From Alphaproteobacteria bacterium (GTDB lineage Bacteria > Pseudomonadota > Alphaproteobacteria > SP197), in NCBI GenBank assembly GCA_964291265.2, contig OZ219747.1:2784001-2848000 (forward strand): DNA of 64,000 nucleotides, written 5' to 3'. The notes beneath the pieces were generated by a model. It was not told the origin of the DNA. It saw only the letters and a list, made by a program, of their open reading frames with translations, and searched no databases. Position 1 is the first letter of the stretch. Each line of letters starts with the position of its first letter. A program made the translations under genes and the position numbers. Shown here one piece after another: positions 61,108-64,000 of the stretch.

Positions 61108-61653
61108 TCAAGTTCGGTTTCCTCCCGGCAGGCGCCGCCGCAGGGACAACGCGATGATGGCGAGACCGAAGATCGCGATGGCGCCGGACAACCACATGTC
61201 CCGTGCGCGGACCTCGATCAGCGTTCGGATGGTGTCATCGACCGAGACGAGGGTCGTTCCTCCGCTGTCGAGCTGCCAGACAAGCATGGCATCGTCGGGG
61301 TCGGAAGCATCGATCCACAGGTGAAAGACATGGGTTCCCGACTTCAGCACTTCCTTGAACTCCCGGTAGTGCGGAAGGTCATTGCGATAGCGCACACGTC
61401 TCCCGTCTCCTTCGAGAACCGCCTGCACTTCGATGGGATCGGGAACGAGGAACCGGATGACGGCGCCGCGCCGCTTGCGGATCTCGACCGCCTCCACGAC
61501 ACCCGCCTCGAGTGCGACGAGGTCTCCTGCCTCGGGGTAGTCGTGACGCAACGGCTGGCAGAAGAACCAGGCACCCACAAGGGTGAGGATCGTCCCGGCC
61601 ACCATCTGCCCCGGGAGGCGATGTCCCAGTCTTGCGGCAAGGCGTCCGATCAT
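61108..61653 (-). CDS. Hypothetical membrane protein
   Basis: Two terminal hydrophobic helices; immediately downstream of the aminotransferase with an RBS. Confidence 0.75.
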   Translation of the reverse strand: MIGRLAARLGHRLPGQMVAGTILTLVGAWFFCQPLRHDYPEAGDLVALEAGVVEAVEIRKRRGAVIRFLVPDPIEVQAVLEGDGRRVRYRNDLPHYREFKEVLKSGTHVFHLWIDASDPDDAMLVWQLDSGGTTLVSVDDTIRTLIEVRARDMWLSGAIAIFGLAIIALSLRRRLPGGNRT

Positions 61654-61664
61654 GGATCAGCCCC

Positions 61665-62999
61665 TCATGCTGCAGGCTGCGACTCGATGGCCGTGAGTGT
61701 CGCATGGAGCGTGTCTGTCAGCATGTCGACCTCGTCAGCCGTGATGACGAGGGGTGGTGACAGGATGAGGGATTCTCCTGTGGCGCGGACGAGAAGGCCG
61801 CGTTTCCATGCCTCTTCGCGAACCCTGGCAGCGGTGCCCTTCCTGCCCGAGAGCTCCACCGCTGCCATCAGGCCCACTCCGCGCACCTCGCCGACGAGAG
61901 GATGATCGGCGAGACCCCGAAGGCGTTGCTGCATGTGGGGAGCGGTCACGGTGCGGCATGTCTCGATGATGGACTCGCGCTGCAGGATGTCGATGTTCTC
62001 CAGAGCCACGGCGGCGGCAACGGGATGACCGGACCATGTGAATCCATGCTGAAACTCCCCTCCTTCCTCGACCATCACGTCGGCAATCCGGTCGTGCACG
62101 AGGATGCCGCTGATGGGCTGATAGCCTGACGAGAGTCCCTTGGCGACGGTCATGATGTCGGGTTCGATGCCGAAGGTGTCGCTGCCGAACCATTCACCGG
62201 TTCGGCCGAACCCGCAGATCACTTCATCGGCTATGACGAGGATGCCGTGTTCCCGACAGATTCTCATGATCTCCGGCCAATAGCTCGCCGGAGGCACGAT
62301 GACTCCGCCCGCCCCCATGACCGGCTCGCCGATGAATGCGCCAATGGTCTGCGGACCGTTCTCGATGATCAGCCTTTCGACGGAGCGCGCTGTGGCGATT
62401 CCGAATTCCTCGGGGTCCATCCCGCGCCCGTAGCGAAACCAGTATGGACAGTCCGCGTGGATGAATCCGGGAAGAGGCAGGTCGAACTGGGGGTGCATCT
62501 CCTCGAGCCCGCACATGCTCGCCGCGGCCATGGTGACACCATGGTAGGCATGGCGGCGGGAAATGATGGTCTTGCGGGATGGCTGCCCCCTGGTGTTCCA
62601 GTACCAGCGCACCATCTTGGCCGCCGTGTCGTTGGCTTCCGATCCGGAATTGGCGAAGAAGACGTGGTTGAAGCCCTCCGGCGCCACGTCCGCGAGGCGT
62701 CCGGCAAGGCGGGTGGTGGGCACGGTCGATGTCTGGAAGAAGGTGTTGTAGTAGGGCAGCGCGAGGAGCTGATCATGGGCCGCCCGGGCAAGTTCGCGGC
62801 GCCCGTAGCCGATGTTGACGCACCAGAGGCCAGCCATGCCGTCGAGAACGCGGTGACCGTGCGAGGTCGTCAGGTAGACCCCCTCGGCTCCCGTGATGAC
62901 GCGCACACCGGCGTCCTTGAAGACACGAGCGTCGGCAAAGGGATGCAGATGGTGATTCCGGTCGAGGTCCCGAAGCGACTGCGTGAAACGGTCGTCCAT
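61665..62999 (-). CDS. Class III (omega-amine/putrescine:pyruvate-type) aminotransferase
   Basis: HHLHPF, DGMAGLWC, SGSEAND, DEVICGFGRTG, AKGLSSGY, HGFT.SGHP. Confidence 0.93.
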   Translation of the reverse strand: MDDRFTQSLRDLDRNHHLHPFADARVFKDAGVRVITGAEGVYLTTSHGHRVLDGMAGLWCVNIGYGRRELARAAHDQLLALPYYNTFFQTSTVPTTRLAGRLADVAPEGFNHVFFANSGSEANDTAAKMVRWYWNTRGQPSRKTIISRRHAYHGVTMAAASMCGLEEMHPQFDLPLPGFIHADCPYWFRYGRGMDPEEFGIATARSVERLIIENGPQTIGAFIGEPVMGAGGVIVPPASYWPEIMRICREHGILVIADEVICGFGRTGEWFGSDTFGIEPDIMTVAKGLSSGYQPISGILVHDRIADVMVEEGGEFQHGFTWSGHPVAAAVALENIDILQRESIIETCRTVTAPHMQQRLRGLADHPLVGEVRGVGLMAAVELSGRKGTAARVREEAWKRGLLVRATGESLILSPPLVITADEVDMLTDTLHATLTAIESQPAA

Positions 63000-63193
63000 G
63001 GTCTCCTTCCCCTCCCGGGAACCCGTTGTGTCACGGGATCATTCTACCATACCCGGGATCGGGGGAACCACGGTGCCGGTGACCTTGTTCACCCGGCAAC
63101 GGGTCCCTCCGCGCCGCCCGGGGCGCGGTCGTCCGCGCGGTACGCTCGAGTGTCCTGTGCGCCGTTTTCTCATGGCGTGCTGGACCGCCGCAC

Positions 63194-63448
63194 TTGCGTC
63201 GTGCCCGGTATGATGCGACAGGCGTGGCGGGAGCGGCGATGATCGCCGCCATGCAGCAGGGAGTCTGCACCACCATGGAAGACTGCATGGCCGACTGGGT
63301 GACACCGTTGATGTCAGTGGCCGAGGAGTCTGCCCTCGAGCTGGTCGAAATCCGCCGGGGACCCTATCCGCTCCATGTCCGAACCAGAGAGGCGCCGGCA
63401 CCGGTGCGGGGTGTGCACGACACGGTGAAACACGGAGCGGACCGATGA
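63194..63448 (+). pseudogene. C-terminal fragment of an FGGY-family sugar kinase
   Basis: G.AGAAMIAA.QQG....M..C..DWVTPL resembles erythritol-kinase-like C-termini; ATGA-coupled to the next gene. Confidence 0.6.
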
Positions 63449-64000
63449 TCCGGAACATCTCGATTATCGGTGACCGCTTCATGCTCCCGAGGGTGTTCGA
63501 TGACGCCCTGCGCGAAGCCTGTGGGAGGCGTGTCGCAACGAGGCTGCATGAACTGGCGTGGCCCGACGAGCCCATGGAACACGGCTACCGGGTTCCGGGA
63601 ATGGAAGGTCTCAAGGAGTACATGGGCACTCCTCGAGAGACTGTTGCACAGGTCGGCGCCGCCGAGGTCCTCGTCACTCAGCTTGCCCCTCTTTCGGCTT
63701 CCATGATGGAGCGGTTGCCTCGGCTGAAGTGCGTTGCCGTCGCGCGCGGCGGCCCGGTCAACATCGACCTTGCGGCGGCGCGGGCGCACGGCATCCGAGT
63801 TGTCAACACGCCGGGGCGCAACGCATCTGCGGTGGCGGAATTCACCATCGGCGCGATTCTCGCCCTGACCCGCAATATCGCCCGGGGACACGATGCACTG
63901 CGCCAGGGCGTGTGGAGGGGCGATCTCTACCGTGCTGACGTGGCAGGCATGGAACTCGGCGACATGACCGTCGGCGTCATCGGCTACGGGAACATCGGTG
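63445..64000 (+). CDS. D-isomer-specific 2-hydroxyacid dehydrogenase (runs off the window edge)
   Basis: Manual translation: IIGDRFM...VARGGPVNID...VVNTPGRNASAVAEF...TVGVIGYGNIG. Confidence 0.9.
   Translation, partial: MIRNISIIGDRFMLPRVFDDALREACGRRVATRLHELAWPDEPMEHGYRVPGMEGLKEYMGTPRETVAQVGAAEVLVTQLAPLSASMMERLPRLKCVAVARGGPVNIDLAAARAHGIRVVNTPGRNASAVAEFTIGAILALTRNIARGHDALRQGVWRGDLYRADVAGMELGDMTVGVIGYGNIG

Overview
GC-rich alphaproteobacterial chromosome segment. The accessory content (Sel1-repeat protein, DUF4338-fused transposases, many TA modules, betaine/methylamine genes) resembles marine or host-associated lineages; this is inference. The housekeeping backbone includes thrC-M16 peptidase-RimJ GNAT, yqgE, peroxiredoxin, dxs-hpnD-hpnE, yejABEF, dapF-mtaB-ftsY-clpP, ffh, a polyamine ABC transporter and murJ. 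Several accessory regions interrupt it. (1) A decayed island at 1-8400: DUF499 ATPase start, gene fragments, Cas4-like nuclease pseudogene, vapBC and IS remnants. (2) An ISAs1-family element (12823-17707, 10-bp TSD) with an IS4-family element (13065-15647, 8-bp TSD) nested in it; both transposases carry an N-terminal DUF4338 domain. (3) A 5.3-kb IS21-family transposon (23945-29264, 5-bp TSD) that splits chrA. Besides istA/istB it carries a Cys/Arg-rich ORF behind a structured leader, a DUF3991-Toprim protein and a small helical protein. (4) A fragment islet at 39.8-41.4 kb. (5) A tnpB pseudogene whose 3' end is duplicated around small coiled-coil membrane-protein genes (51.4-54.6 kb). No rRNA, tRNA or CRISPR array was found. 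All family assignments come from motif recognition by eye, not database searches.
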